Assembly (NCBI GenBank): GCA_951406725.2
Contig: OX597822.1
Location: 108,500,001-108,564,000, forward strand
DNA length: 64,000 bases
DNA from: Octopus vulgaris
Lineage: Eukaryota
Direction of reading: 5' to 3'
Part shown: piece by piece, positions 28,468 through 41,696 of the stretch
Layout: the number at the start of each line of letters is the position of its first letter
Position numbering within the stretch: position 1 is the stretch's first letter
The notes under the pieces: model-generated
Databases searched by the model: none
Seen by the model: the letters and a program-made list of their open reading frames with translations, nothing else
What the model was told of the DNA's origin: nothing
Made by a program: the position numbers and the translations under genes

Positions 28468-28769
28468 CGTCTCAGTTACGACGAGGAGGTTCCCAGCTGA
28501 TACGATCAACGGAACAGTTTCCTCGAGAAATCAACGTGCAAGTGTCTGAGCACTTCGCAGACAGACACACTTAACGCAGTTCTCAGGGATATTCAGCGTG
28601 ACACACAGTTTGACAAGGTTGGCCCTTTGAAATAGACGTACTGCTCATTTTTGCCAGCTGAGTGGACTGGAGTAACGTGAAATAAAGTGTCTTGCTTAAA
28701 GACATAACGCGTCGCCGGGAACTGAACTCACGACTTTATGATCGGGCGCCGAATGCCTTAACCACTAAG
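28468..28769 (-). mobile_element. CORE-type SINE with family-D tail
   Basis: Minus strand: tRNA head, gcaagacactttatttcacgttactccagtccactcagctg, and tail gtcacgctgaatatccctgagaact..ttccgttgatcg shared with 42107-42400. Confidence 0.8.
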
Positions 28770-30589
28770 AAGAATCCAGTAACTATTTCGAGTGTTATTT
28801 TGCTATGTGTGAAAGATATTGTAAAAAGTCATATGTGAGCTAGAACAATTATGTAAATACCAATGAGGGTTACGTTTAAATTTCAATACCATTTTATATT
28901 TGAAGGATTTCAATGAGGAATAAAGATATTTAAGGAACCGTAAATTGAGATTTGAACACATGCTAAGCAGAATTACTATTCGATTTTCCTCAGTGGTTCC
29001 AAACACTGACGATTCTCTCTAAACATTCTGTATTTAAGAATTGGCTCAAAGTTTATGCGTCTGTATTTGCCTCATATAAATTAGACTCGCATATACACAC
29101 AAAGAAATGCACGCGCACATACACACACAAGCGCACACTCACGCACATGTACATATGAATATACACACAAGCATGCATGTGTGTGCGAGCGTGTACATAA
29201 ATGTATATGACTTCTACATGATGAAAATCAGGTCACTCATCTTATAAATGTACTTTAATTGAAATCAAAATGTTATTACTAGGTTATTTAGTGATTAAAA
29301 TGCAAGTGCATTGGAAATGTATTAGCGGTTGTAAATCATGAAAGGGGCATTTGATCAATACCTTCAGCTCAAATATTGTTTTCCGATTGCTCTCACTAAA
29401 TATAAGGATACGAGTTTTTCATCTGAAGATAACAAATATCTCTTTGTTAAAAATATCACAGAACTCGATACATGTGGTATTAATTCTGAATTTACTCTCC
29501 TCATATTGAATCCCGACAAATCGAAGAATTAAGGTCCGTGATTTTCTTTTACCCCTATCTTCTTCAGTTGGAAAGAAATTTTAAAGATACGTTTAATAGG
29601 AAAATCTTTCAGATTTGATTGACATATTAGCAGATATTAGTCAGTGATTTAAAGATATAAGTATCGAATTTACACGGTTGTTTTCTCTCCTTTTCAACGT
29701 ATTGATTATTGTTTGGTATTAAATGCAAATATGTGATGTATTAATGTAAATAATTGCTCAGCATGAGAGAGGAAATATATAAATTATTTGCATGAACATA
29801 TGAGAAATCGATAGAGAATATAATTTAAGGTGCGAACGTAGGATATCAGCAACAACGTTACATCAAATACTATAACAGAAATGAAATAACATCAATTTTC
29901 CTTCAGCAAACGAGTTATTAATTTTTCACAACAAATTTCGACCACCTACGTGTTTGCTGATGCATTGATCGTTACGGGTTGCACAGGATTTTCCCATATT
30001 CATTAGCAAATTAATCATTGGAACAGATGAAACGATTCTCTGATTCCCTGTGATACACGGCTTTGGAAAAATGTAAAACAATACCGAGAACAACCCGTGG
30101 AAAGAAATCATTTTGTATGCTGTCATGATGACGTGAATCAGTTTCTTAGTGGAAGTAAAATATTGAATGTGCTAATAGGGTAGCCTTCCGTTTAAAATAC
30201 AAGAGCCTAGCACACAATTATCAAGACGGAGGGTATACTAAAATACACATGCTAGTTTAATCCTAGGTGTGGCGTCTACAAAACGAATACTATTAAACCT
30301 CGCGTTTCTATAGCAAATATTATCTTTAGTCTTCTTATTAATTTTTTTATCTAATCTATTTCAGAATTTGTTGCGTGATTGCAGGCATACACAAACCTAA
30401 TCAACTTTTCCGTGGGATCGAAACGTTTCTTCCCTCTGATTCTGCCATATTGAATACAAGCAAATGCCTGTGTTCGGGACATGAATCGTTAAGTGATTCA
30501 TTGTGATTTTGGAGATTGTCATCATTCTCAATATTTCTGCACCAAGAATGATAATTTTGGTAGCTTTCGACACAACGAAGTCTTTCCAG

Positions 30590-30730
30590 ATTGCAAGGGA
30601 GGTCACCAAAGGTTTAGTAAAGAGTGAATCTAGTATAAAGGGTCTCAAAGTTTCATTGATCATGACATGTATCTACAGTTAGGTACCTAAGACAGATAAT
30701 ACTTTAGAGGAGTTTTTAATAGGTAGTCTG
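30590..30730 (-). pseudogene. Possible very old PLE RT fragment
   Basis: PIKNSS..ETLRPFILDSLFTKP has the spacing of IKNS..SFDV.SLFT.VP; weak. Confidence 0.3.
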
Positions 30731-33094
30731 CCGTAATTTTTATAGTACTATGGGTAATGTCGGTTGTCTGGTGTATAATAGTTATCATGATCCCATCATC
30801 CAGAAAACTGCCTAAACGTAATATTTGACATCATATTACAAACAATAACAGTTTAAGCGAAGTTAATGTTTTCTGTGTGTTTCTAACTTGTGCCTGCCAA
30901 GTTGCAATCATTTCAGTTTCTAAACATGACCTCAGAACAAAACGCTTGCCATGCAAGTGCATCTCCGTCGTATGAAATTAATCATATTGATAAATGTATC
31001 ACAATAAAAATCATAGGATTAATACATTCATATCAATTGCGCACAATGTTTCTATTCTTTTACATGTCTATTCGCCGATCGATCTGTGGAATAATCACTT
31101 TGCTTTATACAAATCTTTTCATAAATAGATTCCTTGTATAAAGCTAAATCGGAATAATGATTCTATGTTATAGGGGAAAATATTTCTGAGATAATCTCGA
31201 TATATATATAAACAAAATTTAATTTACAATCTGATTTTTAATCGCTGCATCTTTAGTCAATGCCTGGACGATAAATCCTTCAAACCCCATCAGTTCCGCT
31301 CTTAATGCTAAGCACCATGTATGTTATTCATTTAAGCATCATTTTTAATTTACCCGTGTATGTTCATTTTTCCTTCTATAAGAATGTGAGGAAAAACGCA
31401 GGAAAAATAAAGATCCTCGTAGAGAAAACACCAAACCATTACTAGAAAATATTTAATCGCAGAACCAGTCTAAACAAAATTTTAAAAAATATATATTTAC
31501 ATATTATAATAATTGTATGCATAACATTTATTATATACATATAATGAAATGGATAGCATATACAAATTTAAACAACATGTGTCGTATTCACACAATATTA
31601 TGAGTAATGATATTGAAGAGGGTAATTGCTTATCGGACAATGCCATTCTCGTTAAAGGCAATCACATGTTACGATAAACATCAGTGAATGAAACAGATTT
31701 CTCACAGCAATGAGACTGTGCATCACAAATGGACGCTTTAACTTTTGCGAAACTAAATGTCATAATATCAGCATTTCTAAACTGACATTATGCTCCGTTT
31801 CCATATATGACAAAAGACGTCAGGAATAATACATAAACCATACTCGCCTAAACACACACACATATACATACGCCCATAAATTTCGCTCCACACACACACA
31901 TATATGTATATATATATTTATATATACATGCATGTATTCGTTTGTGTATATATGTCCAAGAGATTATTACCTAAACTTCTTCCGGTTACAGAGATTGCCC
32001 TCGCATTTTCAGCCCTGTTGGATAAGATATATTCATTAGTTATGCTTGAATATTCCATCAAAGCTCAACATTTATTGTATCGGAATTTCTTCGGTAGCAT
32101 TGAGAATACATTTTCTTCGACGCCATATTGTTTTCATTGGATGCTCATTGAACTTCGATGTGGCCATTTCTGTTCAGTTCCCGGGTTTCTGCGACGGGGA
32201 AAACAGAATAAATGTCTATCGACTTTTAAGTTATATGGCACTGATTTCCCAAAGGGCCGATGCCATTCTAGCATTCAATTCGCGTCACAGAAACATCGGA
32301 AACTTTGCAACTATTCCATAATACTTGCACTAACAACGATAATAATAACAACAACAAAACAAAAGAAAATGGAATAGTATGATAAAAACAACGACAAAAC
32401 TAATGCATAGAAAAGAACAAAAGGACCATATAGCAAATACAATAAACAGAATCACGACTACAACGACTGTTATTATATCACTACTACAGCAGTTGTACCT
32501 GCTATGACAGATGATCATGTTGATGATGTAATATTGGAACACAAATGAAAATCAATAACAACAAAACTGCAATAATAATAATGGTAATGGTAATGATAAT
32601 AATAATGATAATAATAATAATAATGATAATAAAAATAAAAATAATAATAATAATAATAGTAATAATAATAATAATGATAATAATAATACGAAGAAGAAGA
32701 ATGACAACAACAACTGCAAGAAAAATAGAAAAACATGATAATAACAACAGCAATGATATTCTGTGCAAATATATGAACCTTCATTGTGTTGCACTGGAGA
32801 CAAATTATATTGTGGAAGATCGCATTCACAGTCATTTTATTAGACAAGCTCTAATAATTCACTTCCGGATATTTCCCATGTAGCTGTTTATGCCACAATA
32901 GAAAATGAAAGGAAGCTTTTATAAATTTATAAACCTTTCAAGGAAAAGATGGTCTGGATCGCTTTAGAGACCGTTATTCTTTCTCGATTTCCAATTGCTG
33001 GTTAAATTTTATTCTCACCGTCACAAAATACTACGTCATAAATTTTCAGACCTATATCACAGTATCGCTTACAGATGCTATATCTTTCATATGC

Positions 33095-33164
<70 letters not shown>

Positions 33165-33345
33165 ACATGCATGCTAGAGCATCAGTATTAGTGTTAATCA
33201 ATTGCCTCATGCGGAATCAGGACCAAATGATAAGAACTAATTAAACTGCTAACGTAACATGCAAAGCAAAAATAAAAATTGAAGTGTATTACGTCGTCTC
33301 TGCATCTACACAATTACGTACACATTAAATCATTTACTTTCTCTC

Positions 33346-33382
<37 letters not shown>

Positions 33383-33384
<2 letters not shown>

Positions 33385-33592
33385 GAGAAGGTTTAAGAAA
33401 ATTAAAAAAAGATGAAGGCAGGTGGAGTACAAACAAAAAATGTATTAGTATGGCGCTCAGGAATAGAAATAAAACAAGTCTTTTACGTTTCGAGCCTACG
33501 CTCTTAGACAGAAACATACACAGAAAAGAAAGAAGGAGAGAAAAAAAGGTGAGAAAAAACTTGCGTGTATGGGCTCAAGATCCAAAATGGCG

Positions 33593-33600
<8 letters not shown>
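33383..33600 (-). mobile_element. Hammerhead mini-element family H4 (decayed core) between (TA)n tracts
   Basis: Minus strand at 33481-33518: tatgtttctgtctaagagcgtaggctcgaaacgtaaaa, parallel to 16106-16143; shares cctgagcg. Confidence 0.65.
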
Positions 33601-33639
<39 letters not shown>

Positions 33640-33660
33640 TATTAGATACACATATATATA

Positions 33661-34754
33661 ACTTGGAGTGTGGTTACATGACTTCCTGAAAGATAGGAGT
33701 CAGGCAGTAGTGGTTAATCGAGCCACCTCTATGAACTCACAAATCGTGAGTGGTGTTCCACAGGGCACTGTCTTGGGACCACTGCTTTTTATAGTGGCCC
33801 TCTCAGATATGCCCTCAAAAGCCCGGATAGCCACTCTGGCCAGCTATGCAGACGATACGAAAGTCTCGCAGAAAATACAGAAACCCAGCGATGTTGCACA
33901 CCTGCAGCAAGAGTTGGACTCAATCTACAGATGAGCTGAGGATAATAATATGCAGTTTAATGCGGAAAAATTCCAGGCCCTGTGCTACCAGCATCCAAAA
34001 CTGAATATTAAACTTACAGGATACACCGGTCCACAGGGAATTTCAATCCCAGAGCCTAAGTCTGTGAGGGACCTGGGTATCGACATGAGTGAGGATACCT
34101 CTTTCCAAGTGCACATTACCATGATGACGACAAAGTGCAAAAGACTGGCTGGGTGGATCCTAAGAAGTTTCAGAACCAGAGATAAGGAAACCATGATGGT
34201 CCTCTGGCGGACATTCGTCCTCAGCCGCCTGGATTACTGCTCACAGCTTTGGTCAGTCACCAGTGTGAAATTAACAGCGGACCTTGAAGGTTGAAACAGT
34301 TAAGACTGTATTCCCTGGAGAGAAGACGTGAGAAGTATGCAGTAATATATGTCTGGAAGATCCTGCCAAATTTTGGCATTGTAAGCTACATCAAAGCTAG
34401 AGCAGGACAACACTGCATAGTGCCAAAGATCCCAGCAATGCCATCACGCTTCAGGACCAGCTTCTGCAACAGACTGGGTTTCAAGTGCCCACAGATTTTT
34501 AATATTCTCCCAAAGAGTCTGAGGATCTTGCACAAAGTAGATGTAGCGGTTTTTAAATCAAAGCTGGACATCTTCGCGTCGAAAGTCCCAGATGAACATA
34601 CCTCACGGCAAGAGGTGCAAATGAGAGTAGCTATATCAAACACCATTCTTCACCAAGTGCCACATATTAGAGAAGGTTCTTCGTAATAACAGTGTAGCAC
34701 AAAACGGCAGTGCATCAGCATGGCCGCAGCTCTGAGCTGAAACTAGAATAAAAG
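33661..34754 (+). pseudogene. 5'-truncated CR1/L2-group LINE (RT and C-terminus, 3' UTR)
   Basis: SGVPQGTVLGPLLF, YADD, MQFNAEK, VRDLGI, LDYCSQLWS, LYSLERRR; stop at 33932-33934 and a frame break near 34290; flanked by TA tracts. Confidence 0.92.
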
Positions 34755-34810
34755 TATATGCACATATTCACAATAATATATAATGCATATATACATATTT
34801 ATGTGTATGC

Positions 34811-34863
<53 letters not shown>

Positions 34864-34874
34864 AATACATACGT

Positions 34875-34937
<63 letters not shown>

Positions 34938-34975
34938 CATACATATATATATAAATACATATTACTATTTCTCTA

Positions 34976-35040
<65 letters not shown>

Positions 35041-35042
<2 letters not shown>

Positions 35043-35372
35043 CGCATGACTCAGTGGTTAGAGCGTCGAGCTTACGATCGTGAGGTTGTGAGCTCAAATC
35101 CCGGACCGGGCTGCGTGTTGTGTTCTTGAGCAAGACACTTTCTTTCACGTTGCTCCAGTTCACTCAGCTGTAGAAATGAGTTGCAACGTCACTGGTGCCA
35201 AGCTGTATCGACCTTTGTCTTTCCCTTGGATAACACTGGTGGCGTGGAGAGGGGAGGCTGGTATGCATGGGCGACTGCTGGTCTTTCATAAACAACCTTA
35301 CCCGGACTTGTGTCTAGGAGGATAACTTTCTAGGTGCAATCCCATGGTCTGTGTCGTGACCGAAGGGGGTCT
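35041..35372 (+). mobile_element. CORE-type SINE family C, full length
   Basis: tRNA head ggcgcatgactcagtggttagagcg..gagctcaaatcccgg, CORE-like domain, tail gaccgaagggggtct. Confidence 0.92.
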
Positions 35373-35374
35373 CC

Positions 35375-35456
<82 letters not shown>

Positions 35457-36032
35457 CAATAAATGGTGGGGTTGTGTTGACCGCACGTGGAGAAATTATA
35501 AGCAAGGAAAAATTGTAAAAAGTCAGAATGCTAAATTGAAAGAAAATTTTAATGAAAATGGGTGTATGGAAATTTTTGGGAAAAATTGATAAAATATATG
35601 TATATTCATTCAAACCGGTTTTCGACATTTCAAGAATTGGAAAAAAAAAAAAAAATTTTTTTAAAGTTCGGAGGGGGAAAAAACAGAGTTACATTGTTTT
35701 TTGCATAAAATTAAAAATAAATATATACAAAAATTAAAAAATAGGTACTGCGATACATTGTAAAGTCTTTGCGTATCTTGAGTTTAATGATTGTTCACGA
35801 AAAAATTAACTTGAAGTATTGAGATCCAATGGGATTATATCCATATGTTGTTTAATTTAATTAAGGGTGTCTCTTAAGTGCATGGCAAAACAGGAAGTAG
35901 TAGTAGTCCAGTTCCTGTGTTGTGAATAAGGGGAGAAAACTCAATGGGTTTTAAGCTCTTCAATTTGTGTTTATCAATTTTTTGTAATAAAGGGTGTTAA
36001 TAAACCTTAACTTATAAAATTATCACTTTTTG

Positions 36033-36100
<68 letters not shown>

Positions 36101-37351
36101 TATGTACATATATGAGTGTGTGTGGACATATGTGTATGTGCATAGGACATATTTCTTTCTATGCAGAAAGAGAGTGAAAGAGAGAGACGGATGGACAAAC
36201 AGACAGAAGTTTACTATACATTCTCACTGCCGTCATTCCATGCCGTCCGGAGACCTCAAACCGCACCTTTACGTTTACCTTTTATTTTTTCCGATGAAAA
36301 CAACACACAAGGACACATCAGCATAAATTTGTCAACTATTTGGATATATTTCATAGTCACAGTAATTGAGAGAACAATTTCCAGACTTCTTTGGATATAC
36401 TAGCTCTATTGGAAAGTAATCGCTCATGAGGCTGCAGCTCTATTTGGACAACATGACATGTAAAGTTATTCCACCCAATCTAGCGAAAAACAAGTTTCCA
36501 ATTAAGGAGTACTCTTCCAGGACAATCAATGATTAAGCATGACTATAATTACACACAGTCACCCTTAAATATTCCAGAATGATAAGAACAGATAACATCA
36601 TGATTCGTGAAGAAGTTAGGATCACCACTGTTACGGAATGCCTTCTGCATCTAGAGTCATTTTCAGAGAACGTCACCCAATTTAAGGTGTATTATACATC
36701 AAAATACTATTAATATTCTATGCAAAAATAGAGATACCAATATTTACACTGACACCTATCATCGCAATTTTATAAGGAATCCAGATCTAATTTATAACAT
36801 TCATAGCTTCCTTTCAGCTCGATACACATTTCGGTTCTATAAGTTAACATTTTCTGAATCCCTTTAATTCAACTTACATTAATGGTTGATATTCAATTCC
36901 TTAGACACAAACACTTCAACATTCATACACCACCGCCTTGATCTCCTTATCGTTCTTTCTCCCTCTCAGTCTCCTCACACATACACACGCGCTCATACAT
37001 AGCACTGCACTGTACAAACATTCATTCGACCACTACTCATTTTGACCTCATTTTCTACCAATCCTGATATCAAATTCTCCATTCACCTATCCGCATTTGA
37101 CCTACAATTCCACTTCACATTATTCGTTTAATTTATTAAAATGCCGTTTTCTTTATCGTAAATTTCATTTCAGAAAAACATTTGAAATAGTTTTCTCACT
37201 CTTTACACAATTCACTTTAATAAGGACATTTACAAATGGTCTATGACTAACGTTCGCAATGCCGGGCCCATATAAGGACATGGCTTTATATGTTAGAACT
37301 TCCTAAATATCACCCAAAAGGAAACTGAAGTGTACAAAATACAATTAACGT

Positions 37352-37394
<43 letters not shown>

Positions 37395-37401
<7 letters not shown>

Positions 37402-38240
37402 GCATAGATAGATAGAAGGTTGAAAAGTAACAAACAAATTGATATGTATAAGGAAAATAAGAAAATAAGGCAGAAAATACTAAAATGATTTTATCATGAA
37501 GAACATTTTAGTACCGGTTTCAGACTTTGCGACGTTTTCAACTTAGAGTAAAGCAGGAAAAACAAATAAAATAATGGAAAAATTAAATCAAATGTTTTAA
37601 AAAAAAATATTCCCATAGTTTTCAAAAGCAAGGGACATTTTCCTTTTTTCTGTCTGTCTCTGTCTCTTTTTTACACTTGTGGTTTCGAGGTAGTTAGCAG
37701 GAGCTAGTTTTATGTGAATCTTGTTTTTGATTGTTTAAACAGCAGTAGTAGTAGAGAAAGTAGGTGGCGAAGACGAAGAAATAGAAGAAGATGAGGAAGA
37801 AAAAGAGGAAGGAGAGTGGTATGGTCAAGTGGCCTAAAAGTGACTAGTTGTAGTTGTAATAGTAGTAATTGGGAATGTTCTAAATAAATTTATGTGACGT
37901 GACTGTTTTGAAAATACCGTTTTTAATATTTGCGTGTTATTCTAAGGCCCTGAAGATAGTGTCATTCGTGGTGTCAAAAGGGGATTATATTTTGTGATAA
38001 AGAATGACTCATTATTAATGCTCTGACCACAGGTTGTATCATCGCTGAATTGATAGAGGCTGAAAATTTTGAAACTGGGTTTGTTATTGGCGCAATTTTT
38101 TCTGTGTTGGCTGAATGTTACTTTCCTATTTTTCGGAATTTTGATATGGGATCCGTGCAGAGCCATACTTTGATGTAGTCTATTTTTGGTTTGGCCTATA
38201 TATGGCTCTCGACAACAAGACCAGGTTAATAAATAAATAT
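37395..38240 (-). mobile_element. 3' fragment of a Penelope-like element: GIY-YIG endonuclease remnant plus 3' region with hammerhead-like motif
   Basis: IYLLTWSCCREPYIGQTKNRLHQSMALH..QHRKNC..ESFFITKYNPLL (37942-38240); downstream TTGAAAA..GAAA-CCGG-TA at 37508-37543. Confidence 0.8.
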
Positions 38241-38334
38241 ATAGCTAGATAGATAAATACTTATGACTTGAGGATATAAAATGATTATATCAATGGCTAT
38301 CGCATAAAAAGTCACATATGGGTAAGATTAATTT

Positions 38335-38562
38335 TTAATTATATAATTACAAAAAGATAATTATAATTAAGGGCATTGGAATGCCAGCTTCTATATGCTA
38401 GAAATAGATGTCAAATACCTACAATCCTCTCTAAATTTGTTCTCTATTTATAAGCCAGATTAAGTATTTGTACAAAATTTCGGTCATTCTAATATCTTAA
38501 TATTTCGTGCTCGTCTTCTCGTTCCCTTAATTATAATTATATTTTTATAATTATATACTTAA
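38335..38562. mobile_element. 228-bp element with ~38-bp AT-rich inverted ends
   Basis: ttaattatataattacaaaaagataattataattaaggg / cccttaattataattatatttttataattatatacttaa. Confidence 0.6.
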
Positions 38563-38585
38563 ATATATATATATATATATATATA

Positions 38586-38910
38586 GACAATATATTGGTA
38601 AAAACGGTAAGATAACAAAAGAAAGAAAGAGACCACAATATTATGTAAATAGAGAAATTTATCTGTAAAATTATATGTGATACTTATTCAGTAGCCAAGA
38701 TAAGACTCTTGGTTACGGATGCCGATGTGGAAATCCACACCACCATCTTTTCGGTTATCTGGCCATGTGTAAAACGCTATGAGAAAAAAAAGCGTTTTCC
38801 AGATGGCTAGATAACCGAAGAGATGGTGGTGTGGATTACCACCTCGGCATCCGAAACTAAGAGTTTTATATTGGCTCTGATAATTGTCACATATTATTTT
38901 ACAGATAAAT
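38586..38910 (-). mobile_element. Fold-back hammerhead element family H6 (palindrome 38657-38910)
   Basis: Arms of ~120 bp around an A-rich loop at 38779-38790. Plus arm: GATAA-CCGAAGA-GATG..CATC-C-GAAA-CTAAGA-GTT-TTAT (38810-38869); the other arm keeps GTC-TTATC. Confidence 0.8.
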
Positions 38911-38928
38911 AAACAATATATATATACA

Positions 38929-39160
38929 TAAATTAGAAAAGAAACCACACTATTATGTAATTCAAACAATGATAGACATAAACCAAATCATAAAAGAAAA
39001 AATAAAATATATTATAAAACATATAGCTAGATCACAAAAAGTACAAAAATTGAATAAACAATATATAATAAGTAAAAAGACTACGTATGTTTCGTGGATA
39101 TAACTTCAATTCGAATTAAAATTAAATTTAAATTTAATCGAAAAACAATTCGCCAGCGTG
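38929..39160 (-). mobile_element. Partial element related to family H5
   Basis: aaattagaaaagaaaccacactattatgtaattcaaacaatgatagac parallels 20207-20255; minus strand carries the half motif GAAACATACGTA. Confidence 0.55.
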
Positions 39161-39165
39161 TATTT

Positions 39166-40260
39166 ATTGACAGAATGCGTTATGTCCATCCAATGTAAAC
39201 TGGTAAGCTTTTCCTTTACATATCAGTAGCCCACCCATGTCCAGTGAGAATGTCGGCATACATGTCACTCCTCCAAGGAAGACTTTCCAGTCTTTCAGGT
39301 GCTGTGTTTTCTCACCACTCAGCATGAGTTTGTCTCCAACACCTCGATTGTTTGGTTCAAACCCTTTCGCAGAGTCTCCCGTGTACATGTCAGTGCTAAA
39401 TATGTCAGGTGAGAGCTGAAGATTAGATATTTCCCGAATGCTTGTGGAATCTCACGCAAGCAATGGAACACTGCGTTCCCATTCTCTGTGAGGAAGCTCG
39501 TCACATTCTTTCACATGTTTGAAGCCTTTCGATATGTCTGTCTTTGCTAAAAACACGTCTGTCAATCCAATGCTGTATAGAACAGACGTCGATGGGTATG
39601 TCAACAGTTTGTCAACAGTGAAGTTTCCGACCAGTGTGTGCTTGAGACGTCACTAGTAACTGAAATACTATACTTCCCTGCTGCTTGTACTCGATAACTT
39701 TTTATTTGAGAAGTTGAGAGTTTCACGGACTTGTGCATCTGTGCTAGGATTTTCAAATTTGGGCGTTTAATATGATGAAAGTAGCCATCATTCTTCATTC
39801 CGTTTTCTATGAGGTCTTCTTTGCTAGCCTACAAACAATCTCAGCAGTGAGCATGTCCATCGAAACTTCTGAATCCCGAGCGCCGGATGATAGATTGTGC
39901 AACTTTCCATCATCTGGGATGTTGAAAGGCTTATAGAAGCACTTGATGGCGGTAATGTTCCCTGAGACAAGTTTCTCGCTGGTTGCAATTTCACAAGGTT
40001 CGAACATCCCGATGTTGCAGTCCTTTGTCTTCTTCATCAGACATTCCCTCTAGTAAAATGTACCCTGAAGTGTGAAGGGATTCGGCTCGTTCTTTACCTG
40101 ACTTTGTCCATCTTTGATAGGCACTGTAGTATGTCTGCAGACAGCTAAAGCCCTCTCAAGTCGAGCCACTTCCACCTTTTGATTTTGCATGCTTCGTAAA
40201 AGGTTTTTGATTGCCTTGTCAGCATCACACCTATTTCCTGGAATAAAGGATTTCACCATA
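39166..40260 (-). pseudogene. Decayed coding-like segment, possibly a DDE DNA-transposase relic (family unassigned)
   Basis: Higher-GC, non-repetitive stretch of staggered minus-strand ORFs; motifs CDADKAIKNLLR, FHCLREI..SHL..RETL, LDMG(G/W)..KAYQF recall invertebrate transposase-like proteins (memory only). Confidence 0.3.
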
Positions 40261-40484
40261 TTGATCGCATATTCTACAACAAACACACACACAAAAACTT
40301 GATAGGGTCTGGTGATAAATAAAACATATACATGTGAGATATTACTGGCAAAGGTCAAATTTCATAACCCTTTGAGCTCTGGTGACCTTGCAACAAAATA
40401 TATTCATACATATATACATCTATAAATATATGCAGATTTGTACATGCGTATGGAAAGATAAACATACTTATAACAACGTGTGTT

Positions 40485-40535
<51 letters not shown>

Positions 40536-40714
40536 GCGTATATATATATATATATATATACATATATGTATATATCTATTTGGGTGTTTTTAGGTCTATT
40601 TGTTCCCGACCACCACCATTCACACCACTACCAATGGATGGAGTGTTTACTTTCTCGTAATTAATTAGTTCTGCAAAAGAAACGATAGAATAAATAGCAT
40701 CCTTGAAAACCGTC

Positions 40715-41121
40715 AACTATTGGCAATCAAAATAGGCTGAGGATGCTCGACCTTTATTCTCTTGACAAACGCCGCCGCCGTGGTGATCTCATTCTCATCA
40801 TAAGCGGAAAGTGTAACCCCTCGAAAGAGCTGTTCTTCACTCCTGCTCCAGAGCGTCGGCTGCGGGGTCATTCCGAAAAGCTCTACCTGCGACGATTTCA
40901 TCTCAATCGAAGGAGAGGAGCTTTCTCCGTCCGGGTTGCGGATCCGTGGAACAAGCTGCCAGACGAGATGGTGAAGATGCCGACGATCGCTTTGTTCAAA
41001 GCCTCCCTGGACCTCAAGTGGCCTGAACTCTTTACATGAACACCATTCTGTACTTAACTCCATGTCCCCCTACATGGCCTTGCTATTTGCTTTTGAGCCA
41101 AATTAACTAACTAACTAACTA
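40715..41121 (+). pseudogene. CR1-group LINE 3' end with (AACT)n tail
   Basis: LYSLDKRRRRGDLI..RLRGHSEKL..FSVRVADPWNKLPDEMV..FKASLD; tail ttaactaactaactaact; follows a SINE-B remnant (40580-40710). Confidence 0.9.
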
Positions 41122-41162
41122 AAATACCAAAACACACACACGCGCGCGTATACACACATATA

Positions 41163-41194
<32 letters not shown>

Positions 41195-41205
41195 TCACAC
41201 ACACA

Positions 41206-41239
<34 letters not shown>

Positions 41240-41454
41240 CCGGAGTATACACATAAATGTGAAACAAGGTGGAAAAAGAAGGGTACTCAAATACCAGTGG
41301 TAGAGTAATATTCTTTATTTAAAGCAGCAGAAAATACAACAAAACCTGTTACTCTGAATTTCCAGTTGCCGTTGCTAGCAAAAACTGTCCGATGAACGGC
41401 AACGGGAAACTCAGAGTAACAGGTTTTGATGTATTTTTTGCTGCTTTAAATAGA

Positions 41455-41460
<6 letters not shown>
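41240..41460 (-). mobile_element. Fold-back hammerhead element family H3 in (TA)n
   Basis: Inverted arms 41308-41373 / 41395-41460; plus-strand motif CTGT-CCGATGA-ACG(GCAA)CGG-GAAA-CTC(A)GAG-TA-ACAG at 41385-41422. Confidence 0.85.
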
Positions 41461-41502
<42 letters not shown>

Positions 41503-41505
<3 letters not shown>

Positions 41506-41696
41506 GGTCCCGGGTTGATTCGGGGTTAACCACAGTAAATAAGGTACTCAATACATAGCAGAGTAAAATTAATTTATTATATAGAAGGAGCTTCTACAGG
41601 ACTAGAACTGTTTCATTCAAGAGAAATCATCAGGAAGCTCCTGATGATTTCTCTTGAATGAAACAGTTCTAGTCCTGTAGAAGCTCCTTCTATATA

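Noticed and set aside
32515-32883. Hydrophobic poly-I/L/Y ORFs resembling membrane proteins
   Set aside because: Degenerate (AAT)n tract read in several frames.
35041-35115. tRNA gene
   Set aside because: tRNA-like A/B boxes are the head of a SINE and continue into CORE sequence; the same applies to 17241, 22945, 42107 and the head fragment at ~60770-60835.
35590-35640. Further partial hammerhead-like motifs (here GAAAACCGGT; also ~9610, ~41965, ~62400)
   Set aside because: Only half of the core or no convincing helix I; cannot be separated from chance by eye.
40050-40260. Gypsy integrase C-terminus
   Set aside because: Only vague similarity; no integrase DDE core, LTR, PBS or PPT seen.
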